Source of the DNA: Deltaproteobacteria bacterium HGW-Deltaproteobacteria-4
GTDB lineage: Bacteria; Desulfobacterota; Desulfuromonadia; Desulfuromonadales; UBA2197
Reading direction: 5' to 3'
Length of the DNA stretch: 64,000 bases
Assembly (NCBI GenBank): GCA_002841765.1
Contig: PHAV01000002.1
Coordinates: 73,604-137,603, forward strand
The first letter of the stretch is position 1. The number at the start of each line of letters is the position of its first letter. A program made the translations under genes and the position numbers. Under the pieces are notes generated by a model. The model did no database searches. It was not told the origin of the DNA and saw only the letters and a program-made list of their open reading frames with translations. Below, piece by piece: positions 25,974 to 36,055 of this stretch.

Positions 25974-26996
25974 ATGCTCCTCCTTTGCATAGAAAGTTCC
26001 TGCGACGAAACTGCTGCCGCCGTCATTCGTGACGGCCGCACGATCTTATCCAGTATCGTCGCCACCCAGGTTGACATTCACGCCCGTTTCGGCGGCGTGG
26101 TACCGGAAATTGCATCCCGTCAGCATCTGGCAGCGATCATCCCGGTGGTCGATGCCGCTCTGGAAAAGGCCGGCCACACCCTCGAGGAGATACAGGGGAT
26201 CGCTGTCACCCGTGGCCCCGGTCTGGTCGGGGCCCTCCTGGTCGGTCTTGCCTACGCCAAGTCCCTTGCCTTTGCCCGGCAGATTCCGTTCTGCGGCGTT
26301 CATCACATCGAAGGACATCTCCTCGCCATTCAACTTGAACAGCCCGTAGCCTTTCCTTATCTGGCTCTGGCCGTCTCCGGCGGACATACGCACCTTTACC
26401 GGGTCGACGGCATCGGTGCCTATACGACCCTCGGCCGGACGATTGACGATGCTGCCGGCGAAGCCTTTGACAAGGTCGCCAAGATGCTCGGGCTTCCTTA
26501 CCCCGGCGGAGCCCGCATCGATCAACTGGCAAAGACGGGGAATCCGCAGGCGATCGATTTTCCGCGTCCGCTGCCCCGCAAAGATAGTGTCGACTTCAGT
26601 TTCAGCGGTATGAAGACCGCGGTCGCCACTCATCTGCGTCAAGTCGGGGGGACGGTAGAGGGGAGCGCTCTCAATGACCTCTGCGCCTCCTTTCAGGCCG
26701 CGGTTGTCGATGTCCTCACCCGCAAAACCCTGCGTGCGGCCTTGGATCACGAGCTGTCGCGCATCGTTGTCTGCGGCGGCGTTGCCTGTAACAGCGGTCT
26801 GCGCCAGCGTTTTCATGAAGTCGCGTCGCAATACCATCACGAGGTCTTTTTCCCGTCGATGTCCCTTTGTGCCGATAATGCCGCGATGCTCGGCGTTGCC
26901 GGCGATTTTTATCTGCAGCGCGGCGATCATGGCGGGCTGGATCTTAACGCTCTGGCGAGCTGGCCCCTGGATCGGGTCGGAAAGCAGGTAGTCTGA
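25974..26996 (+). CDS. tsaD: tRNA N6-adenosine threonylcarbamoyltransferase
   Basis: LCIESSCDETAAAV, GVHHIEGH, GGVACN. Confidence 0.95.
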   Translation: MLLLCIESSCDETAAAVIRDGRTILSSIVATQVDIHARFGGVVPEIASRQHLAAIIPVVDAALEKAGHTLEEIQGIAVTRGPGLVGALLVGLAYAKSLAFARQIPFCGVHHIEGHLLAIQLEQPVAFPYLALAVSGGHTHLYRVDGIGAYTTLGRTIDDAAGEAFDKVAKMLGLPYPGGARIDQLAKTGNPQAIDFPRPLPRKDSVDFSFSGMKTAVATHLRQVGGTVEGSALNDLCASFQAAVVDVLTRKTLRAALDHELSRIVVCGGVACNSGLRQRFHEVASQYHHEVFFPSMSLCADNAAMLGVAGDFYLQRGDHGGLDLNALASWPLDRVGKQVV

Positions 26997-27838
26997 TGGA
27001 GACGCAGTATGAAGCGGGGCAGGACCGCTTTCGCACCAAGAAGAGTTACGGGCAGAATTTTTTGCAGGATCGCCAGGTGGTGGCGGAAATCATCGCTGCC
27101 GCGGCTATTGGCGAGGAGGATCGGGTCATCGAAATCGGCCCAGGTCTCGGCGCCCTTACCAAGGATCTTTTGGCGCGGGCGCGGGAAGTCAACATTATCG
27201 AGATCGATAAAGATCTCATCTCCTTCTGGCAGCAGCGCCCCGATCCACGCCTGCATCTTCATGCCGGTGATGCGCTTGGCCTGAACTGGCGCACTCTCTT
27301 TCCGGCTCCCCCCTACATTCTTGCCGCCAACCTGCCCTACAATATTTCGACGCCGATCCTCTTCAAGATGATCGAAGAGCGGGATCTCTTCAAACGGCTG
27401 GTGCTGATGTTTCAAAAGGAGGTCGGCGACCGCATCTGTGCTCCGCCGGGCGGGAAGGATTATGGTGTCCTTTCGGTCTTCTGCCAGCTCTGGTTCGACG
27501 TTCGCAAGGTGGTGATCGTCCCACCCGGCGCTTTCCACCCGGCGCCGAAGGTTCACTCGATCGTTGTTCAGCTCGATCCGCTCCCCGCTGCACGTGTAGC
27601 CCTCGACGATTACGCAACCTTTCGTCGGGTCGTCAAAGGGGCTTTCGGCCAGCGCCGTAAAACCTTGCGCAACGCCTTGGGTGGTGCCGGTTTCACCACT
27701 GCCCGCATCGATGCTGTTCTGGCTGCGACCGCCATTGACGGCAGGCGTCGTGGTGAAACCTTGAGTCTCAGCGAGTTTGCGCTCCTCAGTAATGCCTTCG
27801 GAGACGAAGAAGGAGAGGCCTTCCACGGATGTCTTTGA
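26996..27838 (+). CDS. rsmA: 16S rRNA (adenine1518/1519-N6)-dimethyltransferase
   Basis: KKSYGQNFL, VIEIGPGLGALT, ANLPYNISTPILF. Confidence 0.95.
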   Translation: METQYEAGQDRFRTKKSYGQNFLQDRQVVAEIIAAAAIGEEDRVIEIGPGLGALTKDLLARAREVNIIEIDKDLISFWQQRPDPRLHLHAGDALGLNWRTLFPAPPYILAANLPYNISTPILFKMIEERDLFKRLVLMFQKEVGDRICAPPGGKDYGVLSVFCQLWFDVRKVVIVPPGAFHPAPKVHSIVVQLDPLPAARVALDDYATFRRVVKGAFGQRRKTLRNALGGAGFTTARIDAVLAATAIDGRRRGETLSLSEFALLSNAFGDEEGEAFHGCL

Positions 27839-29019
27839 TCCGCAGCGATGTCATCATTGTCGGTGCTGGTCCTGCCGGCTGTGCCGCCGCCCTCCATCTT
27901 GCCGGACAAGGACATGCCGTCGTTCTGATTGAACGTTTGGCGTTGCCGCAAGTCAAGGCTTGTGGTGATGCCCTTCTCCCTGATGCTTTGCGTGCTCTGA
28001 GCCGTTTCGGCGTTGCAGATGCTCTTGCCGCTGTTAGCAAAACCCTGGACACACTGCATATCACTGCCCCCAATGGCGTTGAGGTCGAACTTGCGGTTCG
28101 CTCCCTGTCCTTAAAAAGACCCGATCTGCATGCCCTTCTTCATGAGCGTCTTCGTGCTTGCGGTGTCGAGTTATGGCGCGGCGAGGTTCTTGAACCCATC
28201 CGCTCCTCTGACGGCCAGCTTTGCGGTGTACGCTGCCGTCGTGATGGGGGGGTGACAGAAATATTCGCACCGCTGGTCATTCTCGCCTCCGGAGCCCGTC
28301 CTGAGACAATGCAGCGTTTTGGCCTGGTTGAGGTTGAGGCGCCGACCGCCGTGGCGATTCGTGCCTACTACCGGGATTATGACAACCCAGGCGATACGAC
28401 ATTGCGCATCGCCTGCCATCCGGCTATTGCTCCGGGATTTTTTTGGATGTGTCCCCTGCCGGAGCGCCAATATAGCATCGGTTGCGGGCATTTCCTCACG
28501 CCGCCCGAACGTCCTGATCAACAATATCTTCTAAATCGCCTGGAGTATCTGTCCCGCTTTTATCCTGTTTCCGCAAAAATTGTCGGGCAGGAGGATATGA
28601 TCGGCACGCCGTGCAGTTCAGTCCTGCGTACAGGTCTGGTTAACGCTAAACTTTATGCGGATGGACTTCTCGTGACCGGCGAAGCGGCGGGGAGTTCTTC
28701 CCCCCTCTTCGGTGCCGGGGTCGGCAAGGCGTTAGAGAGTGGTGAGTTGGCGGGGATAGTTGCTGCGGAAGCTTTGGCCAGTAAACGTTTTGATGCAAGC
28801 TTCCTGGCGCGCTATCAAGAACGATTGAACGAAAAATTTCATGAGGTTTATGCAGCTCAAAGCAAGGCACAACAGTGGCTTAACTCTACCAAACATCTGA
28901 ATATCCTGATTAGTAAGGCGGGCCGTCAGGATAAGCTCAGGCAAAAATTTGAGGCAGTCCTGAATGAGGATCTTCCTCTTTCAAAAGCTGTGTCATTTTG
29001 GACCTTCTTCCTCCCTTGA
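27829..29019 (+). CDS. FAD-dependent oxidoreductase, geranylgeranyl-reductase-like
   Basis: DVIIVGAGPAGCAAALHLA dinucleotide fold, ~396 aa. Confidence 0.7.
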   Translation: MSLIRSDVIIVGAGPAGCAAALHLAGQGHAVVLIERLALPQVKACGDALLPDALRALSRFGVADALAAVSKTLDTLHITAPNGVEVELAVRSLSLKRPDLHALLHERLRACGVELWRGEVLEPIRSSDGQLCGVRCRRDGGVTEIFAPLVILASGARPETMQRFGLVEVEAPTAVAIRAYYRDYDNPGDTTLRIACHPAIAPGFFWMCPLPERQYSIGCGHFLTPPERPDQQYLLNRLEYLSRFYPVSAKIVGQEDMIGTPCSSVLRTGLVNAKLYADGLLVTGEAAGSSSPLFGAGVGKALESGELAGIVAAEALASKRFDASFLARYQERLNEKFHEVYAAQSKAQQWLNSTKHLNILISKAGRQDKLRQKFEAVLNEDLPLSKAVSFWTFFLP

Positions 29020-29053
29020 GGAGGTAAAAAATTTTTCAGAGAGAGAGGAACGG

Positions 29054-29635
29054 ATGGATAAAGACAAAAAGACCCTCGGCCCCGGTATTACCTTCTTTCC
29101 CCAGCCTGCGACCTGGATCGTCAGTGTAGACAGGGAGGGGACGATTGATATTATGACCGCATCCTGGGTATCGATGGTGAGTAAGACTCCCCCGACAATC
29201 GCCCTCTCTCTCCATCACGGCCGGCAGACTTATGCCAATATTCAGCAGAGTGGCGTCTTTACGGTCAATGTCATCCCGAGCAGCCAGGCGGTGGCCGGCG
29301 ACTATTGCGGTCTCGTCTCCGGACGTGATGTCGATAAGCTGGCAGCGACCGATCTTACTCCGACGGCCGCATTGCACGTCGTCGCCCCGATCCTCGCCGA
29401 GTCCCCCTTGAACCTTGAATGCCGGGTAACGAATGAAGTTGCCATCGGTGATTATCGCCTGATTCTCGGGGAAGTTCTCGAAATCCACATTGCTGCAGCG
29501 GCCTGTCGTGAGGGTGGCTACGACACTGCGGTGATCGATCCCCTCGTTTATCTCGGAGGCATTCGCGAATACTGGGGGTTGGGGGAAAAGGTCGGGATCG
29601 CCTACAGCATCGGTAAGGAATTACTGCCGAAATAG
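29054..29635 (+). CDS. Flavin reductase-like domain protein
   Basis: PATWIVSV...[15 protein letters not shown] pattern typical of the flavin reductase family. ATG at 29054. Confidence 0.65.
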   Translation: MDKDKKTLGPGITFFPQPATWIVSVDREGTIDIMTASWVSMVSKTPPTIALSLHHGRQTYANIQQSGVFTVNVIPSSQAVAGDYCGLVSGRDVDKLAATDLTPTAALHVVAPILAESPLNLECRVTNEVAIGDYRLILGEVLEIHIAAAACREGGYDTAVIDPLVYLGGIREYWGLGEKVGIAYSIGKELLPK

Positions 29636-29769
29636 AGGGGTTTACCCGGCGGCTCCCCCTGAAAAATATGGACACTCTGCGGTGCTCCATGCTATATGCA
29701 AAACGCTTTTTTACTTGTACCTGTCGAAGGCGCTTTATCAGATTTTTGAAGGATAACCGGAGGTTGCCG

Positions 29770-30570
29770 ATGAAAAAAGCGAAGACCATCCTCGATTTTC
29801 AACGGATGAAAGAGGAGCAGGAGAAGATTTCCGTGCTCACCGCTTATGACTATCCTTTTGCCCGCCTCATGGAGCAGGCTGGTCTCGATATGATCCTCGT
29901 CGGCGATTCCGTTGGCAGCGTCGTCGCAGGCTATGACAATACCCTGCCGGTGACCATGGATGAGATGGTTTACCATACCCGCGCTGTAGTGCGCGGCGCT
30001 CCCCGGACTTTTGTTGTGGCGGATATGCCCTTCCTTTCCTATCAGGTTGAGCTGGCCGAGGCACGACGCAATGCCGGCCGGCTGATCAAGGAGGGAGGGG
30101 CGCGGGCAGTCAAACTCGAAGGGGGGGAACATGTTGCGGCAACGATTCGGGCGATTGTCGATATGGATATACCGGTGATTGCCCACATCGGTCTGACGCC
30201 GCAATCGATCCATCGCATGGGCGGCTACAAGGTGCAGGGACGGCAGGAAACCCAGGCTCGCCAACTCCTCGCCGATGCTGAGGCGGTCGCCCGCGCCGGG
30301 GCTTTCGCGGTGGTACTGGAAGGGATTCCCAGCACCCTCGCCGCCGAAATCACGGCTCGATTGACGATTCCCACCATCGGTATCGGTGCCGGCAGCGCCT
30401 GCGACGGTCAGGTGCTGGTCATTCACGATATCCTCGGCCTCTGCGAGAAGTACTCCCCGAAATTCGTCAAGCGCTATGCCGATGCCGGGGAGCTGATCAG
30501 TGGCGCGATCAACGACTATATCCATGAGGTCAAGGCTGGCGCTTTCCCCGGTAAGGAGCACAGTTTCTGA
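29770..30570 (+). CDS. panB: 3-methyl-2-oxobutanoate hydroxymethyltransferase
   Basis: [32 protein letters not shown]. Confidence 0.95.
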   Translation: MKKAKTILDFQRMKEEQEKISVLTAYDYPFARLMEQAGLDMILVGDSVGSVVAGYDNTLPVTMDEMVYHTRAVVRGAPRTFVVADMPFLSYQVELAEARRNAGRLIKEGGARAVKLEGGEHVAATIRAIVDMDIPVIAHIGLTPQSIHRMGGYKVQGRQETQARQLLADAEAVARAGAFAVVLEGIPSTLAAEITARLTIPTIGIGAGSACDGQVLVIHDILGLCEKYSPKFVKRYADAGELISGAINDYIHEVKAGAFPGKEHSF

Positions 30571-31412
30571 TGGAGATGGTTACTGGCCCAATAGAAATGC
30601 AGCAGCGTGCCTTGACGGCGAAAAGGGCAGGGCAGCGAATCTCTTTTGTCCCGACCATGGGTTTTCTGCACGATGGGCACCTTTCTCTGTTGCAGGAAGG
30701 GCGCAAGCGCGGTGATCTTCTCGTTCTGTCTATCTTTGTGAATCCGACCCAGTTCGGGGCGAACGAAGATCTTTCCACCTATCCGCGGGCGCTGGAGAAC
30801 GACAGTGAACTCGCCCGTGTGGCCGGTACGGATCTGGTCTTTGCACCTTCATCCGCCGCCATTTATCCCCCCGATGCTTCGACCTGGGTCAATGTCGAAG
30901 GGCTGACTGATGTCCTTTGCGGCGCCAGCCGTCCCGGCCACTTTCGCGGCGTGACGACAGTGGTGGCCAAGCTCTTTAATCTTGTTCAGCCCGATGTGGC
31001 CCTCTTTGGCTGCAAGGATTTTCAGCAGCTTGCCGTGATCCGCCGTATGGTACGCGATCTCGACATTCCGGTAGAGATTGTCGGTATGCCGATCGTGCGC
31101 GAGGCCGACGGTTTGGCGCTGAGTTCGCGTAATGTCTACCTGACTCCCGACGAGCGACAGCAGGCTCTGGTCCTGTCGCGGGCGATTGCCACCGCGCGGA
31201 AGATGGCCGGTGCCGGGGAGCGCGACGCTGGAGAAATTGTTGCCGCCCTGCGGGCGTTGATCGCTGCTCAACCGGCGGCCCGCATCGACTATCTGCAGAT
31301 CTGCCATCAAGACACGTTGCAGGAACAGACGGCGATCAACAGAGATTCGGTCCTCCTGCTCGCCGTCTTTATCGGCAAGACCCGGCTGATCGACAACAGT
31401 TTTCTGCTATGA
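30570..31412 (+). CDS. panC: Pantoate--beta-alanine ligase
   Basis: FVPTMGFLHDGHLSL, NPTQFG. Its start overlaps the panB stop (TGATG). Confidence 0.95.
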   Translation: MEMVTGPIEMQQRALTAKRAGQRISFVPTMGFLHDGHLSLLQEGRKRGDLLVLSIFVNPTQFGANEDLSTYPRALENDSELARVAGTDLVFAPSSAAIYPPDASTWVNVEGLTDVLCGASRPGHFRGVTTVVAKLFNLVQPDVALFGCKDFQQLAVIRRMVRDLDIPVEIVGMPIVREADGLALSSRNVYLTPDERQQALVLSRAIATARKMAGAGERDAGEIVAALRALIAAQPAARIDYLQICHQDTLQEQTAINRDSVLLLAVFIGKTRLIDNSFLL

Positions 31413-31463
31413 ATCTGCCAGTCGGTCGTCGCTTGTGACCGCTGTGCTCAAGGTGAATGAAAG

Positions 31464-33095
31464 ATGCCGAAAAATCGCGATGTAGCCCGCGCCAATCTGG
31501 AAAATCTTTACCGGATCTTTACCGTGCCGGAAGCGCGCGATTCGACCCTCGGGTCGATCGATCAGATGATCGCCGCTGATGTTGCCGGTTTTTTGCAAAC
31601 TCATATCGTTGCCATCGAACGCAACCTCGAAGAGATCGAGGCGGATTTCTCCTCTTCCAACATCCCCGAAGAACCGACCTACGTCTCCGAATATACCGAG
31701 TTTGTCAAAGAGAAGTTGGTCGCCCAGTCAGTTCACACGGCCGCCCCCGCGTTTATCGGTCACATGACTTCGGCGCTCCCTTATTTCATGTTGCCTTTAT
31801 CCCGCATCATGACCGCCCTCAATCAGAATCTGGTCAAGGTCGAGACCTCCAAGGCCTTCACGCCGATGGAGCGTCAGGTGCTGGCCATGCTGCATCATCT
31901 CGTTTATCGCCGTGAGGATGATTTTTATCCGCAATGGATCCATAACAGTCTTTACGCGCTCGGCGCATTCTGCTCCGGCGGCACGATCGCCAACGTGACG
32001 GCGCTATGGGTGGCGCGCAACCGCCTCTTTGCGTCCGGCCCCGAGTTCCGCGGCATTGCCCAGGAAGGGCTGGCCCGATCGATGAAGCACCTTGGCTGTG
32101 AAGGGATTGCCGTCCTCGTTTCCGAACGCGGCCACTATTCCTTTGGCAAAGCAGCGGATCTCCTTGGCCTCGGCCGTGATCATCTCGTCAAAGTGAAGAC
32201 CGATGCCAACAACCGCATCGATCTCAATGCATTGCGAGAAGAATGCCGCCGACTGAAGGGTGAGAATATCCGTCCCCTGGCTTTGGTCGGTATCGCCGGG
32301 ACGACCGAGACCGGCAACATCGATCCCCTTGATGCGCTGGCGGATTTTGCTCAAGAACTCGGCTGCCATTTTCACGTCGATGCCGCCTGGGGCGGGCCGA
32401 CCCTCTTTTCTGACCAGCACCGCTCGCTCCTTGCCGGCATCGAACGGGCTGACTCGGTGACGATTGATGCACACAAGCAGCTTTATGTGCCGATGGGGGC
32501 GGGGATGGTCGTCTTCAAAGATCCGACCGCGCTCTCGGCGATCGAACATCACGCCAACTATATCCTCCGGCACGGATCGAAAGATCTTGGCAGCCACACC
32601 CTTGAAGGCTCACGGCCGGGGAAGTCGCTGCTCGTTCATGCCGGATTATCGATTATCGGTCGCAAAGGGTATGAACTCCTGATTAATCTCGGGATCGAGC
32701 GGGCAAAAACTTTTGCTGAAATGATCCGCCAGCACCCTGATTTTGAGCTGACCAGCGAGCCGGAGTTGAATATCCTGACTTACCGCTACTGCCCGCAATC
32801 GGTGCAGCAGCAACTGTCCCGGTCGACTCCGGAGCAGGCTGGGCAGATTAATCTCCTTCTGGATCAGGCCTGCCAATTGCTGCAGAAGAGTCAGCGCGAA
32901 GCAGGCAAGACGTTTGTTTCCCGGACGCGATTGCGAGTCCCTCGTTATGATGAGGAGTTGACGGTGCTGCGCGTCGTTCTCGCCAATCCGCTGACGACCG
33001 ATGAGATCCTCGCTACGGTTCTAGCGGAACAGTGCGAGATCGTGCAGCAACCGGAGATTGCGACTTTGCTCCAGCAAGTGATGGCGCTCTGCTGA
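31464..33095 (+). CDS. Group II PLP-dependent amino-acid decarboxylase (candidate aspartate 1-decarboxylase, PanP-like)
   Basis: 543 aa with FCSGGTIANVTALWVAR, HVDAAWGG and a PLP-Lys context (SVTIDAHKQLYVP). Sits immediately after panBC. Confidence 0.7.
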   Translation: MPKNRDVARANLENLYRIFTVPEARDSTLGSIDQMIAADVAGFLQTHIVAIERNLEEIEADFSSSNIPEEPTYVSEYTEFVKEKLVAQSVHTAAPAFIGHMTSALPYFMLPLSRIMTALNQNLVKVETSKAFTPMERQVLAMLHHLVYRREDDFYPQWIHNSLYALGAFCSGGTIANVTALWVARNRLFASGPEFRGIAQEGLARSMKHLGCEGIAVLVSERGHYSFGKAADLLGLGRDHLVKVKTDANNRIDLNALREECRRLKGENIRPLALVGIAGTTETGNIDPLDALADFAQELGCHFHVDAAWGGPTLFSDQHRSLLAGIERADSVTIDAHKQLYVPMGAGMVVFKDPTALSAIEHHANYILRHGSKDLGSHTLEGSRPGKSLLVHAGLSIIGRKGYELLINLGIERAKTFAEMIRQHPDFELTSEPELNILTYRYCPQSVQQQLSRSTPEQAGQINLLLDQACQLLQKSQREAGKTFVSRTRLRVPRYDEELTVLRVVLANPLTTDEILATVLAEQCEIVQQPEIATLLQQVMALC

Positions 33096-33122
33096 CTTTG
33101 ACGGGGCGTCCTGTGGGAACCG

Positions 33123-34370
33123 ATGGGAACGATGAAAAAAGCAAAACTTTTACGCGCCCGTTACCTCCTTCCGAGCGCCGGAGCGCCGGCGATTGAAGAC
33201 GGCGCCCTGCTGATCGTTGGGGGGCGTATCGCTGCTGTTGGCAGTTATTCGACCCTGCAAGACAGTGCCGCCGAAGTCATCGATTACGGTGATGCCGTCA
33301 TCCTTCCTCCTCTGGTCAACGCCCACTGCCATCTCGAACTCACCGATTTTCCCCAGTGGACAACTGCGTGCGGCGAAACGACTCTGCCTACGAGCTTTGT
33401 CGGCTGGATCCGGCGATTGATCCGGGTGCGCCGCTCCATCGGGGCCGACCCGGTGCCGGCTTCTGTCAGCACCGGAATTCGTCAGCTCCTTGCCGCCGGG
33501 ACCGGGGCGGTCGGCGACATTCTCACCACCCCCGGCGCCCTCGCTCCCCTCCTTGCCTCCCCCCTTTACGGCCGGATCTTCTTCGAAACAATCGGACTCG
33601 ACGAAGAGCGCTTCATTCCTGCCCTCGCGGCGGCTCTCGCGTCTGCCCGTTCGCTTACTTACCCCCTGAGTGGCGGACTGTCACCGCACTCAACCTATAC
33701 GGTCTCGGCCCGCCATTTGGAGAAAGCAATCAGCACTGGTCTTCCTTTGGCGATTCACTGTGCCGAGTCGCCCGAGGAGAGCCTCTTTCTCCGTGAGGGA
33801 AGGGGCCCGATTGCCGCGGAACTTTACGCTGCCGCCGGTTGGCCGCTTCCGGAGCCCGCGCCCGGCCTATCGCCGGTTGCTTGGCTGGCGGCACAGGGTG
33901 CCTTGAGTGCGCAAACCCTTCTTGTTCACGGGGTGCAGGTCAATGCGGAGGATGCGGTGCGCATTGCCGGTAGCGGCGCCATCGTTGTCCTTTGTCCCCG
34001 TTCTAATGCCCGATTGGGTGTCGGCACTGCCCCAATCGGACTTTACAAGAAAGCCGGCGTTTCTCTTGCTCTCGGCACCGACTCGCGAGCGAGCAACGAT
34101 TCCCTTTCCCTCTGGGAGGAGATCGCCTTTGCCCGCTCTGTCTACCCGGAATTGTCGCCGGAGGAACTCCTTGCCATCGCCACTTGCGGCGGGGCGCGGG
34201 CCTTGGGACTGGAACAGGAGATGGGAGTGTTGACCGTCGGTTCTGGCGCGCATTTGCAGGTGCTGACCGCCGCGAACCTCCCGCCGGTGGCGGGACTTGC
34301 GGGATGGTTATGCGGCGCTGAACATCAGGTCGTTGCCCTCTGGCTTGGCGGCATTGAACGGTTGCGCTAA
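33123..34370 (+). CDS. Amidohydrolase-superfamily metal-dependent hydrolase (nucleoside/aminofutalosine-deaminase-like)
   Basis: PLVNAHCHLELT HxH motif, LAIHCAE, LGTDS. Confidence 0.65.
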   Translation: MGTMKKAKLLRARYLLPSAGAPAIEDGALLIVGGRIAAVGSYSTLQDSAAEVIDYGDAVILPPLVNAHCHLELTDFPQWTTACGETTLPTSFVGWIRRLIRVRRSIGADPVPASVSTGIRQLLAAGTGAVGDILTTPGALAPLLASPLYGRIFFETIGLDEERFIPALAAALASARSLTYPLSGGLSPHSTYTVSARHLEKAISTGLPLAIHCAESPEESLFLREGRGPIAAELYAAAGWPLPEPAPGLSPVAWLAAQGALSAQTLLVHGVQVNAEDAVRIAGSGAIVVLCPRSNARLGVGTAPIGLYKKAGVSLALGTDSRASNDSLSLWEEIAFARSVYPELSPEELLAIATCGGARALGLEQEMGVLTVGSGAHLQVLTAANLPPVAGLAGWLCGAEHQVVALWLGGIERLR

Positions 34371-34458
34371 GACGTTTCTTGCTAAATACAAGTGCTGCGA
34401 CTATAATTCCCCTTCTTTATTCCCCATTGAAAACCTTTTGTACGGATTATTGATTTAT

Positions 34459-34920
34459 ATGGGTATCAAACTTATTGCCAGCAACAAAAAGGCGTATCAC
34501 GACTATTTTATCGACGATGTCTTTGAGGCCGGCCTGGTCCTGACCGGCACCGAGGTCAAGTCGTTGCGACTCGGCAAGGTCAGTCTCAAGGAATCCTTTT
34601 GCCGCATCAAGGACGGCGAAGTCTTTGTTAATAACATGAACATCAGCCCCTATGAGCAGGGCGGTCGGGAAAATCCAGCGGACCCGACGCGGATGCGTAA
34701 GCTCCTGCTCCATCACGCCGAGATCCTCAAGTTGACCCGTAAAGTCGACGAGCGTGGATTTTCGATCGTCCCGACTCGCATCTACTTTAAAGAGAGTCGA
34801 GTCAAGCTGGAGATCGGCCTGGGCAAGGGGAAGAAGACGCACGATAAACGCGAAACGCTGAAAGAGAAGCAGGCAACGCGGGAGGTCGCCAAGATCCTCA
34901 AGTCGGGACAGCACGATTAG
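34459..34920 (+). CDS. smpB: SsrA-binding protein
   Basis: IASNKKAYHDYFI, AGLVLTGTEVKSLR, KLLLHHAEI. ATG at 34459. Confidence 0.95.
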   Translation: MGIKLIASNKKAYHDYFIDDVFEAGLVLTGTEVKSLRLGKVSLKESFCRIKDGEVFVNNMNISPYEQGGRENPADPTRMRKLLLHHAEILKLTRKVDERGFSIVPTRIYFKESRVKLEIGLGKGKKTHDKRETLKEKQATREVAKILKSGQHD

Positions 34921-34949
34921 TTTCTGTTCTGCTCCTGTTTGATAAGATC

Positions 34950-35006
34950 AACTGCGGAATATTCGACAAATAACTTGTCGGATATTCCGCAGTTTTCGTT
35001 TGTTTT
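34950..35006 (+). terminator. Rho-independent terminator of smpB
   Basis: 19-bp stem AACTGCGGAATATTCGACA / TGTCGGATATTCCGCAGTT, then TTCGTTTGTTTT. Confidence 0.8.
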
Positions 35007-35144
35007 AGGACGCAGGAAGTGTTTTTCTTCTATTAAGTTAAATGATTATAGTCGGTTGCATGAACAGTTTGTGGGTGGCACGGCTTCTGTATAGGTTCTA
35101 TATGAAAACAATCTTTCGACTCTATTCCTGAAAAAGGAGTTCCC

Positions 35145-35534
35145 ATGCATAAAAAGACACTGATTTCCTCCCTGATTATTTCAGCCCTGCTTATTGCTCT
35201 CGCCGCAATGTTCGTCGTTGCCTCGGAAAGTCCGGCTGGACGCGCCGAGTATCTGGTGCCGCGGATTACCTGTGGTGCCTGTGTTCAGGTGATTACGGCT
35301 GACCTGGAAAAGCTGGCTGGCGTCAGTAAGGTGGAGGTTAATGTGGCGACGACGACGGTCAAGGTCGCCTTCGATGAAAAACGGACGGATGCCGGAGAAA
35401 TTGCTCTTGCATTGAACAGGGCCGGTTATCCGGGGAGTATTGTCGCCCTGAATGGCAAGGTGGCGCCGGGGGCGGTTGAGATCGCTAAAAAGGCCGGTGG
35501 CTGTGGTAGTTGTTGCAATCCGACAACGAGATAA
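35145..35534 (+). CDS. Membrane-anchored heavy-metal-associated (HMA) domain protein
   Basis: N-terminal TM helix, an HMA motif (ITCGACVQVI) and a C-terminal CGSCC. Confidence 0.7.
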   Translation: MHKKTLISSLIISALLIALAAMFVVASESPAGRAEYLVPRITCGACVQVITADLEKLAGVSKVEVNVATTTVKVAFDEKRTDAGEIALALNRAGYPGSIVALNGKVAPGAVEIAKKAGGCGSCCNPTTR

Positions 35535-35543
35535 TGGAGCCTA

Positions 35544-36047
35544 ATGATGAATAACCCGTCACGACAAGAAGGAAAAAACCCGATGAAAAAATCGTCAGTT
35601 ACGCTGTTGCTGATTGTTGTTTCTCTTTTGGTTACGGCGAGCGCGCTGGTCGGTTGGCTTGGCATCCCCGGCACCGGAGGTGCTGCAAGTGTAGCTGCCA
35701 GAGACGGCAAGTTGTCCATCCCCATTGCTGATTTGAACGACGGCAAAGCTCATTTTTACAGTTATAAGGGTCAAACAGGGAAGATTACTTTCTTTGTGAT
35801 TAAAGGGACGGATGGAACGCTGCGCGCCGCTTTTGATGCCTGTGATGTCTGCTATCAAGAAAAGAAGGGCTACGAGCAAAAGGGCGAACAGATGATCTGC
35901 AAGAACTGCAATCAGTCCTTCCCGGTGGCTAAAATCGGCACAGTGAGTGGCGGTTGTAATCCTTCCCCCCTCAAGACGACTCTGGTCGGCACCAGCCTGG
36001 AGATCACTGTGGCCGATCTTGAGTCTGGTTCCCATTATTTCCGTTAG
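35544..36047 (+). CDS. DUF2318-like Cys-rich membrane-anchored protein
   Basis: TM helix followed by CDVCYQEKKGYEQKGEQMICKNCNQSF...GGCNP. The family is recalled, not searched. Confidence 0.55.
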   Translation: MMNNPSRQEGKNPMKKSSVTLLLIVVSLLVTASALVGWLGIPGTGGAASVAARDGKLSIPIADLNDGKAHFYSYKGQTGKITFFVIKGTDGTLRAAFDACDVCYQEKKGYEQKGEQMICKNCNQSFPVAKIGTVSGGCNPSPLKTTLVGTSLEITVADLESGSHYFR

Positions 36048-36055
36048 GATGCGAT

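Noticed and set aside
35066-35090. Sigma54 promoter (GTGGGTGGCACGGCTTCTGTATAGG) ahead of the HMA gene
   Set aside because: The -24 GG element is good (TGGCACG), but the -12 element reads CTGT rather than TTGC and no enhancer-binding protein gene is nearby. It is too weak to report as a feature.
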